Origin: an uncultured Planctomycetota bacterium
Lineage (GTDB): Bacteria; Planctomycetota; Planctomycetia; Gemmatales; Gemmataceae
NCBI GenBank assembly: GCA_963849325.1
Contig: CAWKHF010000012.1
Coordinates: 800,001 to 864,000, forward strand
Direction of reading: 5' to 3'
Length of the DNA stretch: 64,000 nucleotides
In this document: in pieces, positions 62,847 through 64,000 of the stretch
How the letters are laid out: each line of letters opens with the position of its first letter
How positions within the stretch are numbered: position 1 is the first letter of the stretch
Made by a program: the position numbers and the translations under genes
The notes under the pieces: generated by a model
Seen by the model: the letters and a program-made list of their open reading frames with translations, nothing else
Told to the model about the DNA's origin: nothing
Database searches by the model: none

Positions 62847-63082
62847 GGCGTAATCCTCCAGTGCAAATCGGTTCGGCCTGTCCGGCCGAGGACCGAGGGG
62901 CCGGGGCGAAGGCTGTGGCCTGGCCGACGTTTGTCGCCGGGGGGCCACGGGAAGCGCAAAACGAACGCCGCATAGAGGAGGGCTTGCGCGGTTTTGTTCG
63001 TCGCGTGACAAGTCCTCTACCTGGGTACAACCCGTGACGCACGGGTTCGTTGGCGCATCCCCTTCGCCTTCGGACTGGAGGA

Positions 63083-63388
63083 CTAAAGACGGATGTTTTC
63101 ACTCCATCGCCGCTGTTCCGGATCGGGCTCATTCCCAAGCGAATCGCGCGGTTGTGTCCCTCTCTCTCCCTGGGGTGGCTGCACGATGAAAAAGGAGATC
63201 GGCCCGACGATTGGGGCGACCACGATCCAGATGGTCCACAGGACGCGGGCCGTGGCCTCGATCCGCGAGAGGCGCAGGTTCCACAAGGCGGCGAGGTCCA
63301 GGCCAATGACGAAGAACCAGAAGGCTCCGAAGGCCAGTATCTCAAGAGGGTGTGACCCGAACATCAGTGTCTCAATACCATTGGACAT
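63083..63388 (-). CDS. small membrane protein (PLDc_N-like)
   Basis: Two TMs, LWTIWIVVAPIVGPISFF; RBS AAGGAG. Confidence 0.65.
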   Translation of the reverse strand: MSNGIETLMFGSHPLEILAFGAFWFFVIGLDLAALWNLRLSRIEATARVLWTIWIVVAPIVGPISFFIVQPPQGERGTQPRDSLGNEPDPEQRRWSENIRL

Positions 63389-63435
63389 GATATGCTCCTT
63401 CGGACGTTGAGTTGGCGATACCGAACACGGCGCGA

Positions 63436-64000
63436 TCAGACATTCTGCGTCCGTCCGGCCTGGGCGGCCTGGTAAAAGGCGAAGATGGTTCGTAGGACGT
63501 GCAGTCCTTCCTCGCCGCTGATCGGCGCTTCCTCCAGGCCGGCGCTGGCGCGCACGGCGGCGCGGACAAACGGCGTGTAGCCGCCCTGACCTCTAGCATA
63601 CTCGAAACGCTGCACCTTCGGCTCTTTCGTCCCTTTCGTGCTGTACCACTCCAGCGGCAACTCCTCGAAGCTGGCAAGACGAAGCCAACCGTGCTCGCCC
63701 CAGACCTGGAGGTGCGATTGTTTGCCCTTATCGAGATAATAGCCAGCGGTCATGGTGCCGAAAGTACCGTTGTCGAAGCGCAGGGCAACGGCGGCGGAGT
63801 CCTCGATGTCCAGCGGTTGCCCGCCGACGACGCCGGCGAAGCCGCACGTCTGCCGGACCTTCAACCCGGTGATGAAGAGGGCGAGATCGAGCCAGTGGAT
63901 GCCGAGCCAGATCAGGTTGCCGCCGCCGCCCCGTGCCTTGACGCAGTACCATTCCTTGCGATACGACTCGCGTTTCAGGCGCGTCTGGTCCGCCACCAGA
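63436..64000 (-). CDS. Gfo/Idh/MocA oxidoreductase, C-terminal part (5' end outside the window)
   Basis: GGGNLIWLGIHWLD, IEDSAAV, GEHG. Confidence 0.85.
   Translation of the reverse strand, partial: LVADQTRLKRESYRKEWYCVKARGGGGNLIWLGIHWLDLALFITGLKVRQTCGFAGVVGGQPLDIEDSAAVALRFDNGTFGTMTAGYYLDKGKQSHLQVWGEHGWLRLASFEELPLEWYSTKGTKEPKVQRFEYARGQGGYTPFVRAAVRASAGLEEAPISGEEGLHVLRTIFAFYQAAQAGRTQNV

Overview
High-GC chromosomal segment of a planctomycete, most likely Gemmataceae/Isosphaeraceae-like. This call rests on a TIGR02996-type LRR gene, a DUF1570 protein, a planctomycete cytochrome c-WD40 protein, a planctomycete ECF sigma factor and abundant REP-like palindromes. About twenty otherwise intact genes carry single-base frameshifts, most likely uncorrected long-read indels, so they are stitched rather than called pseudogenes. 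Highlights not shown by the ORF track: (1) two genes split at an in-frame TGA in a redox motif, each followed by a similarly placed SECIS-like hairpin. One is a membrane-anchored AhpC/TSA-like protein (W-U-P-F-C). The other is a membrane-anchored thioredoxin-fold protein (C-F-T-U) that resembles the Sec region of eukaryotic selenoprotein N. (2) A compact minus-strand array of 13 partly non-canonical tRNA genes, including tRNA-Arg(GCG), behind an ECF-type promoter motif and directly upstream of the AhpC-like gene. (3) A small biosynthetic-looking cluster: AurF-like diiron oxygenase, AsnB-like amidotransferase and DevBCA-like exporter. (4) A csrA-FKBP-RRM module with a GGA-rich leader. (5) An orphan tadE-tadE-tadG adhesin cassette. 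(6) An ISKra4-like IS with terminal inverted repeats. (7) A covarying palindromic repeat family. All family calls come from motif recognition by eye, not database searches.
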